64,000 nt of DNA, taken from positions 38,380,001 through 38,444,000 of the forward strand of contig CM059432.1 of the NCBI GenBank assembly GCA_030390025.1, given 5' to 3'. Positions within the stretch are counted from its first letter, which is position 1; every line of letters begins with the position of its first letter. Of this stretch, positions 11,856-25,931 are shown piece after piece. The notes beneath the pieces were generated by a model. The model saw only the letters and a program-made list of their open reading frames with translations, ran no database searches and was not told where the DNA came from. Both the position numbers and the translations under genes were made by a program. The DNA comes from Squalus acanthias. Lineage: Eukaryota.

Positions 11856-13987
11856 GTAGTATTTCACACAGTATTTGATTATCCATGTCTACGTTTACCT
11901 TTATCAACTTCAGACCTATCATGAATCACATATTCACCACTTCCTTTTCAAAGCAGTTAAACAAAGTAGCATTAGTAGTTTGTGATGCGAGTCTATTCCA
12001 AATGTCCTTGATTATTCTCCGTGGAGAATAAAAAACCAATTCTTTCATTCTCTAGTCTCATTTTAGCTTTGCCAATTATGTACTTGATTTCTCTAACTCT
12101 GTGATCAGTTTAGATTAAGTAATCTGTCCACTATTGCTGCCTTATAGTATTTTAATATCTGCAAAGCTTCTCCCTGGCTCCCTAAGGTAAATTAGTGAAA
12201 CTCAAAAGTAACAGTCTAAAATACAAGCTATGTTATTTGGCTCTGACACATTACATTTGACAGATGATACTTCGATGATCCCAGCCATATAGGAACCATC
12301 GTGCTGCATAGAGTACTTGATCATCGATCTGTATTTATCCTTAAAATCTTCAGTCTTGTCTGAAGCCAAACATTTATTCAGCTCTTTCTTTAAAGTCTAT
12401 TCCACATATCCAATTCTCTGTGGGCAGGCAGGGGGGGGGGGGGGGGCGGAGAAAAAGTAATCTCCAGCCTGAGTTGAGATTGGTTAACTTTGTACTTGTG
12501 GCCTTTAGTTCTGTGGTCACACTCAGAGTGCATTAACACTGCAACTGCACCAGTGCTGCAGTTATAGTGGAAATGTAGCCTGAACCTGGACCAAAGCTTC
12601 AGAGTCAAATTGTGTCTCAACTCCATATTTGTGCTACACAATTTTAGCATCAGTGCAAAGCTGAAACCACTTCACACCGATGTTAACTTGTAGTGCTAAT
12701 TGAATGACTTACTTAATGTACATCACCTGCGGCTCGTTGTTCTAAAGAACTCATTCAAGCTCCTTCTTAATCTTCTTTTCTTCAATTAAAACCTGTTCCG
12801 TTCTGTGAGCTTCTCCTTCTAATTCAAAAGTTCAGGAATCATCCTTGTTGCTTTCCTCTGAACTTTTCCTAATACTGTTTTGAAGGTAGGAAGCCAAATT
12901 TTCATATAATGTTCAAACAGTTGCCACGCAATTAGGTATAAATGATTAAAATGGATGGTTCTGACTTATAACCAAGTCCCCCTCCCCAGAGCCATACTTG
13001 GCTAGTCTTGTGTCAGCCATTAGTCAATAATCATATAAAAATCCTTTACCTTTTCCACTGAGTAATTCAGTATGCACAGCAATGCAGACACAGTGTAATT
13101 TCTAAGCATTCAAATTGCCACAAATTGTTTGTTAATGTTTTGAGAAGCAATAGTAATTCACTTAATTGAAAACAACATTTTTTATAGCACCAGAAAAACA
13201 GATTTGCAGTTAGCCTGTGTACAAATGCCAGCATAAATATCAATTCTATGAAGCCTCAATTAAAAATATATTATGCGTGGATTTTGAAAAAATTGGTTAT
13301 AATTATAATTTCAGAGAAATGCCGATAAATCCATTCCTTTTATAGCTTCAGAGTCTGGTGATATTTGTAGCTTGTGGCACACATAGGGACCAACGTAAGA
13401 TTTTTTAGGAAAGGGAATAGGCCTTTAGGCTCAACAAGCACATTCCTTCTCCACAGATTAACCCAACCAACCTATCTTCTCATCACATCCCGCAAATCCC
13501 ACCTGCAGCCGATGACTTTTGAAGATATTGATACTCTGAATATAAAGGAGGATTCAAAAAACCCAGACAAAATAGGAAAGTGAGGAAAACTTACAAAGTA
13601 TTCTATTCTGCAGCAATATCAATATTCACTGCATGTTCACACACCTTTGGTGGAACTCTACTTTGACGTTTTATAGGGGTCCAGAGTTTGACATAAACAA
13701 ATCATTATCATCAAGTTGATAAGGTGTTGCCTTCATATTTCTCAGACTAATGGGTCAGATTTTCCTGTCTTATGTGTCTCAGGAATGCTCAGCACTCAAG
13801 CGCAAAGAAAAGGAAAAAGGAAACGGCCCTTTAATAACCAAACTCTAGCTCGCACCCCTGACTTGATTCCTGCTGGCAGCTTTGACCAGACCGAACTCCT
13901 GTGGACAGATTCAACCTGTCTTCCATTGGCAGCTCACACATTCAAGTGAATGGATTTGCAGCTGGCAAGTCAACCACAAGTTTATTT

Positions 13988-14686
13988 CAACAACAACAAC
14001 AACATCATGTATTTATATAGCGCCTTTAACGTAGTAAAACGTCCCAAGTGCTTCACAGAAGTGTTATCGAACAAAATGTAATACCGAGCAACATAAGGAG
14101 ATATCAGGGCAGGTGACCAAAAGCTTAGTCAAAGAGGTAGGTTTTAAGGCGCGTCTTAAAGGAGAAGAGAGAGGTAGAGAGGCGGAGAGGTTTAGGGAGG
14201 GAATTCCTGAGGTTAGGGCCCAGGCAGCTGAAAGCACGGCTGCCAATGGTGGAGCGATTAAAATCAGGGATGCGCAAGAGGCCAGAATTGAAGGAGCGCA
14301 GGGATCTCCGAGGGTTGTAGGGCTCGAGGAGGTTAGAGATAGGGAGGGTCGAGGTCATGGAGGGATTTAAAAAAAGGATGAGTACTTTAAAATTGAGGCT
14401 TTGCTAGACCAGGAGCCAATGTAGATCAGCGAGCGCAGGGGTGATGGGTGAACATGACTTGGTGCGAGTTAGGATACGGGCAGCAGAGTTTTGGATGAGC
14501 TTAAGTTTATGGAGGGTGGAAGATTGGAGGCTGGCCAGGAGAGTGTTGGAGTAGTCAAGTCTGGAGGTAACAAAGGTATGGATGAGTAGTTGCGCTGAGG
14601 CAGGGGCAGAGTTGGGTGATGTTATGGAGGTGGAAGTAGGCGGCCTTAGTGATGGCGTGGATATGTGGTCAGAAGCTCATCTCAGG
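13988..14686 (-). mobile_element. L2 LINE 3' portion
   Basis: ORF 14125..14358: RSLRS...GSRAFSCLGPNLRNSLP...FKTRLKTYLF; (CAA)n tail at left. Confidence 0.85.
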
Positions 14687-14760
14687 TTTAAAATCATTCG
14701 TGTATCTTAAAAAATAACACTTCTACCTTCATCCTCATGTGTCCATCGTGTCTAGATTAA

Positions 14761-15393
14761 GGGGGAAAAATTTGGTTGCTTTGCGCCTCCCGTTAGCGCC
14801 CTAAGAGGGCAACTAGCGCCCGGGTGCAGCGCCGCCAACACCTCCTGCAAAATTCAGCGGGAGGTTAGCGGCAGCGGTAACCATTAGCACCCTGCGGTGC
14901 TGCGCCACCGGCAATGACAATGCACAGCACCCCGCTTGCGCCCTGGCCGCGATCTTCAATAGCGCCCCCTGACTTACCGCCGGACGCTATGTCTGACGGG
15001 GTCAGGGGGGCCTACCTGCGGCCGGGGTGGCGCTAATTAAAGGCGAGGTGCCGGGTGGCCATTTTTGTTGCTGGCCACCTGCCAGCACCTGCCCCCCCGT
15101 TGGCATTCCCGGCCTCCTGAGCAGCCCCCCCCCACGGGGTGCCGGCTGCGCTCCGTGAGCCCAACACTTCTCTTGAGTGCCGGGCTCTTTTGCCGGCACT
15201 CCGATCCCTGGTGGCCCAGCTGGCCCCGGGTTGCACTGCGCAAGGCCCCTCCCCTTTAAGAAGGGGAGGAAAGCCCGCTTCCCTCTTGGGGCGCTACCGA
15301 TGAATTTCGGCCGCGGGGGCGCTAATTTTTTCGGGATAGTAGCGCCTCGGTGAAGTTAGCGCCCCAAAGGGGGCGCGACTCAATTTTCCCCCC
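14761..15393. mobile_element. Harbinger MITE (GC-rich, GGGGG TIR type)
   Basis: TIRs GGGGGAAAAATT / AATTTTCCCCCC; perfect TAA TSD; left end GCGCCTCCCGTTAGCGCC shared with family A. Confidence 0.9.
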
Positions 15394-15939
15394 TAAGAGT
15401 GTAGGACATGTTGAGCTACAAGTTCATTGATTTAAACCATTTTTAATATTGGGAGGATGGACAAAGAAAAAGTGTCAGTTTTGTTACAGATATTGCAATG
15501 AATAGTGTGCTCATCATTTAATCATTTACTTTAGACAAACTTTTCCCTTTACTACAATCAGAAGAAGAAATCTAGCTATGTAATCTGCCAAAAAAGATCT
15601 TAGCTGCTCAATTGAAAAGAGTAGAACTTCTAACAGCAAATTGTATATGACTATTTAATTGTCCTCTCATCACTGTGCAGCAGTGCCAAATTTGGCACAA
15701 AGCACAACTAATGCAAATCTTCTGCTTGCAGGGAAGCATACCAACAAGTGAAATTGGGGAATTTTTGGATACTGCACTGGCATTTTCTTTTACTACACAA
15801 ACTTGGTAGCAGCAGAATGCATCCAGTACCAATTTGTGGACAATGACATTACGGAGGGCTAGGTGGAAGAAACTGCAACAGGTGAGTGTTGAGCACATAG
15901 GAGATGCAGCACTGAACCAACCACACGAGGCCAAGACAC

Positions 15940-16030
15940 TTCCATGCAAGGTTACCTGGAGCTGATTGAGGTGCAGAATCTGATGAGTTTAAGGATGCAC
16001 AAAGAAGCAGTCACTACACTCATCAAGATG
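15940..16030 (+). pseudogene. Small remnant of a Harbinger transposase N-terminus
   Basis: YLELIEVQNLMSLRMHKEAVT resembles YLNLTEEQCIRCLHFRRAAVT of the 3994..4503 copy. Confidence 0.4.
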
Positions 16031-16415
16031 TATCATTGTTGCGAGATGGTAGGGCCAAGGTTAGCAAAAACAGCAGCACTGTTGGTAGAAGTAAAGGCAA
16101 CAATTGATCTGAACTTAAATGCTAACGCACAGAGGTAAGTAGCATGGAGCCCAGTTCTAAGGAGTACTGCTTCTACAGAGTACTAAACTCAGGAATTTGG
16201 TGAGTGAGGGAATTCGGTGAGGTGGGGTAAGAGGTGCTGCTCGATACATAAAAGAAATATGAACAACTACGGTTAAATTAGGACAATAAAGACCTAAAGC
16301 ATATAATGAAATTTAATAAATTAAACAAGGTTATTACCTAGATTAAAAACTATTAATAGACAATTGAATATTTCAAAACTTGAAAACCTAATTAGATAAA
16401 TAAAATACAAGAGAG

Positions 16416-17364
16416 ATGGCAGGGCAGGTGGTGTGTTGCAGCTGTAGCATGTGGGAGCTGGTGGACACCAGTGTGATCCACAGCAACCACATCTGCAGTA
16501 GGTTTCTGCAGCTCGAGCAACTTCGGCTCAGAGTTGATGAGCTGGAGTCCGAGCTTCGGACATTGCGATACATCAGGGAGGGAGAAAGTTACCTGGTGAC
16601 TTTGTTCCAGGAGGCAGTCACACCCCTTAGGTTAAATACTTCAGATTTGATCCGTGGTCAGGGACAGGAGGGTGTGACTATGAGTGAAGCAAGTATGGGG
16701 ATCCAGAAGGTAGCATTGGAGGAGCCTCAGTCCTTGCACTTCTCCAACAGGTACGAGGTTCTTGCAGCCTGTGTGGACAAGAGCAGGGACTGCAGGGAGG
16801 ATGAACAAACTGACCACAGCACCGTGGTATGGGGGGCCATTCAAATTGGGGAGTAAAAAGGAATGTAGTAGTAGTAGGGGACAGTATAGTTAGAGAGGAT
16901 AGATACTGTTCTCTGCAGCCGAGAGCGCGAGTCCCGAAGGCTGTGTTGCCTGCCAGGGTTAAGGACATCTCCTCGGGGCTGGAGAGGAATTTGGAGTGGG
17001 AGGGGAAGGATCCAGTTGTCATGGTCCACGTAGGTACCAACGACATAGATAGGACTAAGAAAGAGGTTCTGCTGAGGGAGTATGAGCAGCTAGGATCTAA
17101 ATTTAAAACAGAACCACAAAGGTAATAATCTCTGGATTACTACCTGAGCCATGAGCAAACTGGCATAGGGTCAATAAGATCAGAGAGTTGAATGCGTGGT
17201 TCAAGGATTGGTGTGGGAGAAATGGGTTTCAATTCATGGGGCACTGGCACCAGTACTGGGGAAAGAGAGAGCTGTTCTATTGGGACGGGCTTCACTTGAA
17301 CCGTGCTGGAACCAGTGTCCTGGTGAATCAAATAACTAGGGCTGTAGATAGGGCTTTAAACTAA
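16416..17364 (+). pseudogene. CR1 ORF1 (zinc finger + esterase-like)
   Basis: MAGQVVCCSCSMWE; VVVVGDSIVR; VHVGTND; frameshifted. Confidence 0.85.
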
Positions 17365-17552
17365 ATAGTGGGAGGGAGGGTTCAGGTGAGAGAAAACTTA
17401 GAAAGTTAAAGAGAAAGGACAAGGCAATAGTGCAGGGTAGCGATAGGAGTAATGATAACCAGAGTGTGACAGGAAGGGACAGAGCGTACAAGCATAAGAG
17501 TGCACCAGCAAATAGGGTCAGAGTAGGGAAAAATGGTAAAAAGATGAAATTA

Positions 17553-20313
17553 AAGGCTCTTTATCTGAATGCATGCAGCATTCGTAACAAGATAGATGAA
17601 TTGACGGCACAAATAGAAATAAATGGGTATGATCTGATAGCCATTACAGAGACGTGGCTGCAAGGTGACCAAGGCTAGGAACTGAATATTCAGGGGTACT
17701 TGACATTTTGGAAGGATAGGCAGAATGAAAAGGAGGTGGGGTAGCTCTGTTAATAAAGGATGAGATCAGTACAATAGTGAGAAATGATCTTGGCTCAGAA
17801 GATCAAGATGTAGAATCAGTTTGGGTGGAGATAAGAAATAATAAGGGAAAGAAGTCACTGGTGGGAGCAGTCTATAGGCCCCCTAACAGTAGTTACACTG
17901 TGGGACAGAGTATAAATCAAGAAATAATGGGGGCTTGTAAGAAAGGTACTGCAATAATCGTGGGCGATTTTAATCTTCATATAGATTGGACAAATCAAAT
18001 TGCAAAGGTAGCCTTGAGGCCGAGTTCATAGAGTGTATTCAGGACAGTTTTTAGAACAATACATTGTGGAACCAACCAGGGAGCAGGTTATTTTAGATCT
18101 GGTAATGTATAATGAGACAGGATTAATTAATGATCTCATAGTAAAGGATCCTCTAGGGAAGAGTGATCATAACATTCTAGAATTTAACATTCAGTTTGAG
18201 GGTGAGAAACATGGGTCTGAACCTAGTGTCCTAAACTTAAATAAAGGCAATTACAAGGGTATGAAGACAGAGTTGGCTAAAGTGGACTGCGAAAATAGAT
18301 TAAAAGGTAAGATGGTAGATAAGCAGTAGCAGACTTTTAAGGAGATATTTCATATCTCTCAACAAAGATATATTCTAGTGAGAAAAAGACTCTACAAGAA
18401 GGATGAACCATCCGTGGCTTACTAAGGAAGTTAAGGAGGGTATCAAATTGAAAGAAAAGGCATACAATGTTGCGAAAATTAGTGGTAGGCCAGAAGATTG
18501 GGAAATTTTTAGAAACTTGCTAAGGATGACTAATAAAATAATAAAGAGGGAGAAAATAGATTATGAGAGTAAACTAGCAAGGAATATAAAAACATACAGT
18601 AAGAGCTTCTACAAGTATATAAAAAGGAAAAGAGTAGCTAAAGTAAACGTTTGTCCCTTAGAGGCTGAGACTGGGGAATTAATAATGGGAAACAAGGAAA
18701 AGGCAGAGACTTAGAACAAATATGTGTATCTGTCTTCACAGTAGAGGACACTAAAAGCATCTCAATAATAGTGGAAAATCAAGAGGCAAAAGGGAGGGAG
18801 GAACTTAGAACAATCACTATCACTAGAGAAAAAGTACAAGGCAATCTAATGGGACTAAACACTGACATGTCCCCTGGACCTGATGGCCTGCATCCTAGGG
18901 TCTTAAAAGAAATGGCTGCAGAGATAGTGGATGCATTGGTTGTAATCTTCCAAACTTCCCTAGCCTCTGGAAAGATCCCAGCGGATTGAAAAACCGCAAA
19001 TGTAACGCCCATATTCAAGAAAGGAGGGAGACAGAAAGCAGGAAACTATAGGCCAGTTAGCCTAACATCTGTCATTGGGAAAATGCTGGAATCCATTATT
19101 AAGGAAGTAGTAGCAGGATATTTAGAAAATCATAATACAATCAAGCAGAGTCAACATGGTTTTATGAAAGGGAAATCGTGTTTGACAAATTTATTAGAGT
19201 TCTTTGAGGATGTAACGAGCAGGGTGGGTAAAGAGGAACCAGTAGATGTAGTGTATTTGGATTTCCAAAAGGCATTCAATAAGGTGCCACATAAAAGGTT
19301 ACTGCACAAGATAAGAGCTCATGGTGTTGGGGGTAATACATTAGCATGGATAGAGGATTGGCTAACTAATAGAAAACAGAGATTCGGGATAAATGGGTCA
19401 TTTTCCGGTTGGCAAACTGTAACTAGTGGGGTGCCACAAGGATCAGTGCTGGGGCCTCAACTATTTACAATCTATATTAATGACTTGGATGAAGGAAGCG
19501 AGTGTATTGTAGCCAAAGATAGGTGGGAAAGCAAGTTGTGAGGAGGACGCAAAGAGTCTGCAAAGGGGTATAGACAGGTTAAGTGAGTGGGCAAAAATTT
19601 GGCAGATGGAGTATAATGTGGGAAAATGTGAGGTTATCCACTTTGGTAGGAAGAATAGAAAAGCAAAATATTATTTAAATGGAGAGAGACTAGAGCATGC
19701 TGCGCTACAGAGGGATCTGGGTGTCCTCATACATGAAACACAAAGTTAGCATGCAGGTACAGCAAGTAATTAGGAAGGCAAATGGAATGTTGGCCTTTAT
19801 TGCAAGGGGGATGGAGTATAAAAGTAGGGAAGTCTTGCTACAACTGTATAGGGTGCTGGTGAGACCACACCTAGAGTACTGCATACAGTTTTGGTCCCCT
19901 TATTTAAGGAGGGATATACTTGCATTGGAGGCAGTTCAGAGAAGGTTCACTAGGATGAAGGGGTTGTCTTATGAGGAAAGGTTGAGCAGGTTGGGCCTAT
20001 ACTATTGAAGTTTAGAAGAATGAGAGGTGATCTTATTGAAACATATAAGATTCTGAGGGGGCTTGACAGGGTAGATGCAGAGAAGATGTTTCCCCTCATG
20101 GGGGAATCTATAACTAGGGGTCATAGTTTCAGAATAAGGGATCACCCATTTAAGATGGAGATGAGGAGGAATTTCTTCTCTCAGAGGGTCGTGAATCTTT
20201 GGAATTCTCTACCCGAGAGAGCTGTGGAGGCGGAGTCATTGAATATATTCAAGGCTGAGATAGACAGATTTTTGAACTACAGGGGAGTCAAGGGTTATGG
20301 GAACAGGCAGTAA
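17553..20313 (+). pseudogene. CR1 ORF2 (AP endonuclease + reverse transcriptase)
   Basis: YLNACSIRNK, ITETWL, YRPP, GDFN, SDHN, SPGPDGLHPR, YLDFQKAF, GVPQGSVLGP; the FADD segment is deleted. Confidence 0.9.
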
Positions 20314-20954
20314 AGCAGAGTTGAGGCCAAGATCAGATCAGCCATGATCTTATTGAATGGCAGGAGCAGGCTCGAGGGGCCGAATGGCCTACTCCTGCTC
20401 CATTTCTTATGTTCTTATGAGCAGCCATGGGAAGCTTGACTGGAATCAGCCATTATGCAGCAAATGATTGCATTCATGATATGACAAAAACCTTTTATTG
20501 AATCTGTGATCTGCCAGTGGAAATTGAATTGGATTGCGAATAGGTGTTGGGCTGGGTAAGCGGCAACCGGAAATAAAGTTGTGTAGGGGTTGCAAGTGGA
20601 GGTTGGAGTGTGGCCACAACCCTCCCTAAATCTTTTACTGTTTGATACCACCTTATGGAAGTTTGGCCACCCCTGCTCCACCAAAAGAAACCTTTCCCTA
20701 TGCATTTCAATCACACTAAATCTATTTGTGTCAGTCTCTAAAATAGGATTTGCAGAATATTTCTTGGCCCATTTTAACTAAATTTAGCACATTCCACAAT
20801 GCTAAGAGCTTTTTTATAATGGTGGCTTATACTGTGAGGTTTATGGGTCCAATAACTCATGGTTGCAATTGGTTTCGGAAAGGAGCTGCATATGCTACCA
20901 TTAATAATATATGGTCACTCTTCCCTAAAGGCCCCTTTACTACAAGGTTATTAG

Positions 20955-22590
20955 TCATAGAGTCATAGAGTTATAACGGCACAGAAGGAGGCCATTTGGC
21001 CCATCGAGTCTGCGCCGGCTCTCCGTAGAGCAATCCAGTCAGTCCCATTCCCCCACTCTATCCCCGTAGCCCTGCAAGTTTATTTCCCTCAAATGCCTAT
21101 CCAGTTTCCCCTTGAAAACATTGAGTGTCTCCGCTTCCACCACTTCCGTCGGCAGCGAATTTCAGGTCATCACCACTCGCTGCATAAAAAAGTTTTTCCT
21201 CACATCCCCCAGAACCTTAAATCTGTGCCCCCTAGTCCTTGTACCATCAATTAGTGGGAACAGCCTTTCCCCGTCTAGCCTATCCAAACCCGTCATAATC
21301 TTGTACACCTCTATCAAATCACCCCGCAACCTCCTTTGCTCTAATGAAAACAAATCCAGCTTCTCCAACCTGTCCTTGTAGCTAAGATCCTCCATCCCCG
21401 GAACTATTCTGGTAAATCTCCTCTGCACCCTCTCAAGGGCCTTCACATCCTTCCTAAAGTGTGGTGACCAGAACTGGATGCAATACTCCAGTTGTGGCCT
21501 AACCAGCGCTTTATAAAGGTTCAGCATAACTTCTCTACTTTTGTACTCAATACCTCTATTTATGAAGCCCAAGATCCCATATGCTTTGTTAACCACTCTC
21601 TCAATATGTCCTGCCACCTTCAGGGACCTATGCACATTAACTCCCAGATCCCTCTGTCCCTGCACACTCTTTAAAACTGTGCCATTAAGTGTATATTGCC
21701 TCTCCCTGTTCCTTCTGCCAAAATGCATCACCTCACACTTCTCTGTATTAAATTTCATCTGCCACTTGTCTGTCCATTCTGCTAGCCTTTCTATGTCCTG
21801 TTGCAGTCGATTGATATCATCACCACTGTTTGCCACCCACCCAAGTTTGGTGTCATCGACAAATTTAGAAATTCTACACTGTATTCCAATATCCAGCTCA
21901 TTTAAATGCATCAAAAAAAGCAGTGGCCCCAGCACTGATCCTTGGGGAACATCACTGTCTACCATACTCCAGTCTGAAAAACAGCCATTTACCACAACTC
22001 GCTGCTTTCTGTCCTTAAGCCAATTCCTTATCCAAGCTGCCACTGACCCACCTATTCCATGAGCCTCAATTTTCTTCTATGTGGTACTTTGTCAAACGCC
22101 TTCTGAGAATCTATGTAGACAACATCTATTGCATTCCCTTCATCAATCCTCTCTTTTACTTCATCAAAAAATTCAATTAGTTTTGTCAAACACGATCTGC
22201 CTTTTACAAATCTGTGTTGGCTCTCCTTAATCAGCTTAAACCTCTCCAAATGCCCGTTAATGTTTTCCTTGATTATTGTTTCTAAAACTTTACCTACCAC
22301 TGATGTTAAACTGACAGCCTGTAGTTACTAGGATTGTCCTTACACCCTTTCTTGAACAATGGTGTCACATTTGCCACTTTCCAATCCTCAGGTACCTCCC
22401 CCACATCTAGGGAAGATTGGAAAATTATGGCAAGCCCTTCTGCTATCTCCTCCCCCAATTCCCTTAGCAACCTGGGATGCAGGCCATCTGGACCAGGCGA
22501 CTTGTCCACTCTAAGCATACCCAGCCTTTCTAGTATATCCTGTCTATCAATTTTCACCCCTTCCATTGCTTCTACCTTTTCCACTTCTAT
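20955..22590 (-). mobile_element. CR1 LINE 3' half
   Basis: ORFs 22306..22584, 22052..22300 and 21162..22043 (RT domain, SKFVDD); tail CATAGAGTCATAGAG on + strand. Confidence 0.92.
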
Positions 22591-22829
22591 GTTTTAAGTT
22601 TATCAATTGTATCTTCGCAGACAAAAGCTACACTGAAATAATGAGGGAATCAATTTCCTACTCCTGCTGATTCTTCCTCCACAATATCTCTGGGTCAGAC
22701 TGAGTGACAGTCAGGATCACATCCATCATCATCAGCAAACACTGCCTGGGAAATGGGGGCAAGCTGCGGGTTGGCCAGTACACAAAGCTACCATCTGCCC
22801 CACTCGACAACGACAGCAGGGAGCATAGG

Positions 22830-24065
22830 AACAGAAGGAAATCGTGTCTGACTAACGATTGAATTCTTTGATGAGGTTGATTAAGGTAGTGCAGTAGTTG
22901 CTGTGTCAATGGACCTTTGGAAGGCATTCGACAAAGTGCCACACAGGAGGATTATTAAGAAGATGGAAGCCCATGGAATTAAGAGGAAAGTGGTGATATG
23001 GATACAAAATTGGTTCAGTGGCAGCATGCAAAGAGTGGTGGTGGCTGGATGGATGTTTTCAGACTGGGAGGTGGTTTGCAGTGGGGTTCCCCAAGGCTCA
23101 GTTTTGGGTCCATTATGCTTTGCAGTTTTTATCAACGATCTGTGTAGGAATCAGCATTATAAAGTTTGCAGATACAAAACTTGGCAAGGTAGTAGATGAC
23201 GATGAGGATAGTTATAGGCTTCAGGATGACATAGACAGGATGGTGAAATGGGCAGAAGCATGGCAGATGGAGTTCAATGCAGAGAAGTGTGGCAGATGGA
23301 GTTCAATGCAGAGAAGTGTGAAGTGATGCACTTTGGGAGGACTAATATGGAAAGTCAGTATACTTTAAATGGCACGATTTTGAAAAGTGTAGATGAGCAG
23401 AGAGACCTTGGTGTCCATATACACAAATCCTTTAAGGTGACAGGGCAAGCTGATAAGGTGATTAAAAAAGGCATATGGGTTACTTGGGTTTATAAATAGA
23501 GGAATAGAATATAAAAGCAAAGAGATCATGCTAGAACTTTCTAAATCACTGGTTAGGCCTCAGCTGAAGTATTGTGGACAATTCTGGGCACCATACTTCA
23601 GGAAAGATGTAAAGGCCTTAGAAAGGGTACAGAAGATGTTATCAGGGCTGAGGGACTTCAGTTATGAGGAGAGGTTGGAAAAGTTAGGGCTGTTCTCCTT
23701 GGAACAGAGAAGGTTAAGAGGTGACCTAATAGAGGTTTTCAAAATGATGAGAGGTTTTGATACAGTAAATAGGGAAAAATATTGCCTCTGGCGAGTGGGT
23801 CAATAACTAGAGGTCATAGACTCAAAATCATTGGGAAAGAATCTAGAGGGGAGATGAGGAGAATTTTTTTTCACTCAGAGAGTTCTTGGGATCTGGAATG
23901 CTCTACCTGAAAATGTGGTGAAAGCTGATTCCATAATTAATTTTAAAAGGGAGTTGGACAGGTACTTGAGTATGAGGAACTTACAGGGTTAAGGGCAAAA
24001 AGTGGGGATGCAGGTCTAAGCACGGCTGCTCTTTCAAAGAGCCAGCACAGGCACGACGGGCCAAT
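22830..24065 (+). mobile_element. CR1 LINE RT to 3' end
   Basis: DLWKAFDKVPH, GVPQGSVLGP, RRLRGDLIE; internal 29-bp tandem duplication at 23261-23318. Confidence 0.88.
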
Positions 24066-25931
24066 TTCCAAGCATGTTGAGGCTAACAAGTACAGTAGCT
24101 GCTTCTCTAGTGGCAACACCCACCAGTCCAAGTCATGTAAATAGAGTGAGTTCCCCATTATCCCACAAACTCTGGTTATCATCAGCATGGGGGTTACTGG
24201 AAATGTACACCAGAATGTGCTCTTCGCCCATCTCCACCCCCTCCAGATTTTCAGTTCCAACATACAAAGTCATACAGACCTAGCTTCTGTACATCTTATA
24301 TAAACTAAGTACCTGGTGCAAAATAATATCACAAGGCAAATATAGAACAAGTAAAGGCCTTATGACACTTCAAGTTTGTTCCTTCCATATTCCGTATACA
24401 ATTTGCCACATTACGAACTGCACCAAAGTAAAGCTTCTGAAAGAATTATTTTCCCTGGCCCTAATCTAAACTAACTTTCAAGATATCAATCCAACGTAAC
24501 AATCTTCCTAATTAAACTCTGAGGGGGAGAAATTCATTATAGTCCAGGAATGGGCGTTAACTTTTGAAAAGTTTGAGAATTAGCACCAGGTGCTAATGCT
24601 TCAGACTGCATGCAAAATTCAGTCTCATTGCACAAAGAAAGGATTGGAGCACTAAATCAAGCGCTAATGGCCTAGCTCAGTGGCGTTAAATTCGAAGCAC
24701 TGACTAATATCAGGTGCAGTCTAATCATAAGTCATCATTGCCACCGGCTCTTTCCAGTTCTTAAAGGGGAGGGTCATTGATGATGCAGAACCTCATTCTT
24801 ATCATTGCTGGTTCTGCAGCCGTCTCAGCCAACAGCAGCAGGTCAAGGAGAAGGAGCCGGACGACTCAAGCCGCCATAATGATGGCAGATCCATGTCCCA
24901 GGGAGAGAGCCCGCAGATTCTGCGACCATGCATTGGAGGCATTGGTGTTCGCAGTGGAAAGACGGAGGGTGGTGCTCTACCCGGCAAGTGGCAGGAGGCC
25001 CTCGCCGCATGTCTCCCGCAGCATGTGGCGGGAGGTAGTCCAACATGTCTCGGGCAGCACTGTGGTCCCCAGGACCCACACACAGTGCAGGAAGAAATTT
25101 AACGACCTCACTCGGGTGGTCAAGGTGAGTCAATGCTTCAAAAAATGCCACATACCACCATCTGAACCACAGTCTGCACACACTGCCCGAAGCACCACAC
25201 TCCCAGCACTCACCCACCAACAATCTCCAGCTACCAACACTCACAACCACATCTCACACCTTGCACACAATGAGAGCTATTCAACTATGGCAGGCACATC
25301 ACCCAAACACATTGCTCCACACTCACTCACACACTTTCCTTTCTTTTGCAGGCTAAGGTGGATCACAACAGGAGGGAGAAGGAGTGCACAGGCGGAGGAC
25401 AAACCGACACCCAACCACTGTCTGCACTGGACGATAAAGTGCTGCAGATTATTGGGCGCCAGGTGGTGAGCGCCGTGGCCACCGGCGACGTTGACCCCCT
25501 TGGGGACAACAACGGTATGTTCATCCCTACTCCTTCTTCACACATCTCACTTGCCCCTCACCCCACAAGCCTTTCGTACTTTCCAGCTAATCATGCTGTA
25601 TGCATGCATTTTTCCCTTCCTGCTCCCTCCCGTCACCTTAACCTGAATCTTGTGCCTTTATGCTTTCAGATAATGAGCAAGCACCTGAGCAGCCTGTCCC
25701 TGAGGGCACCGTTGAGAGCGAGGCAGGAGAAGAGGAGGAAGAACACAGCGCGTCACTGCATGTCTCACCCGCAGACACCAGCTCAGATACTGGCACTACG
25801 CGTTCTTTAGAGGCTAGTATAGTAGCGGGATCTGCACAAAGTGATGCACCAGGGACAAGTGGGCTGCAGCAAAGCCAGGGGGAAAGGGTAGCTCGAGAGC
25901 CAGCTCCCCAGAGGGCGAGTTCACTCGCCAT

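Larger units (their letters stand above)
16190..20420 (+). mobile_element. Near full-length CR1 LINE, decayed
   Basis: ORF1, APE, RT and C-terminal blocks in order; 3' tail TTCTTATGTTCTTATG; many stops and frameshifts; 5' boundary approximate. Confidence 0.93.

Noticed and set aside
21541..22062. Long antisense ORFs over LINEs and Harbinger genes (many in the track)
   Set aside because: Shadow frames of transposon coding sequence
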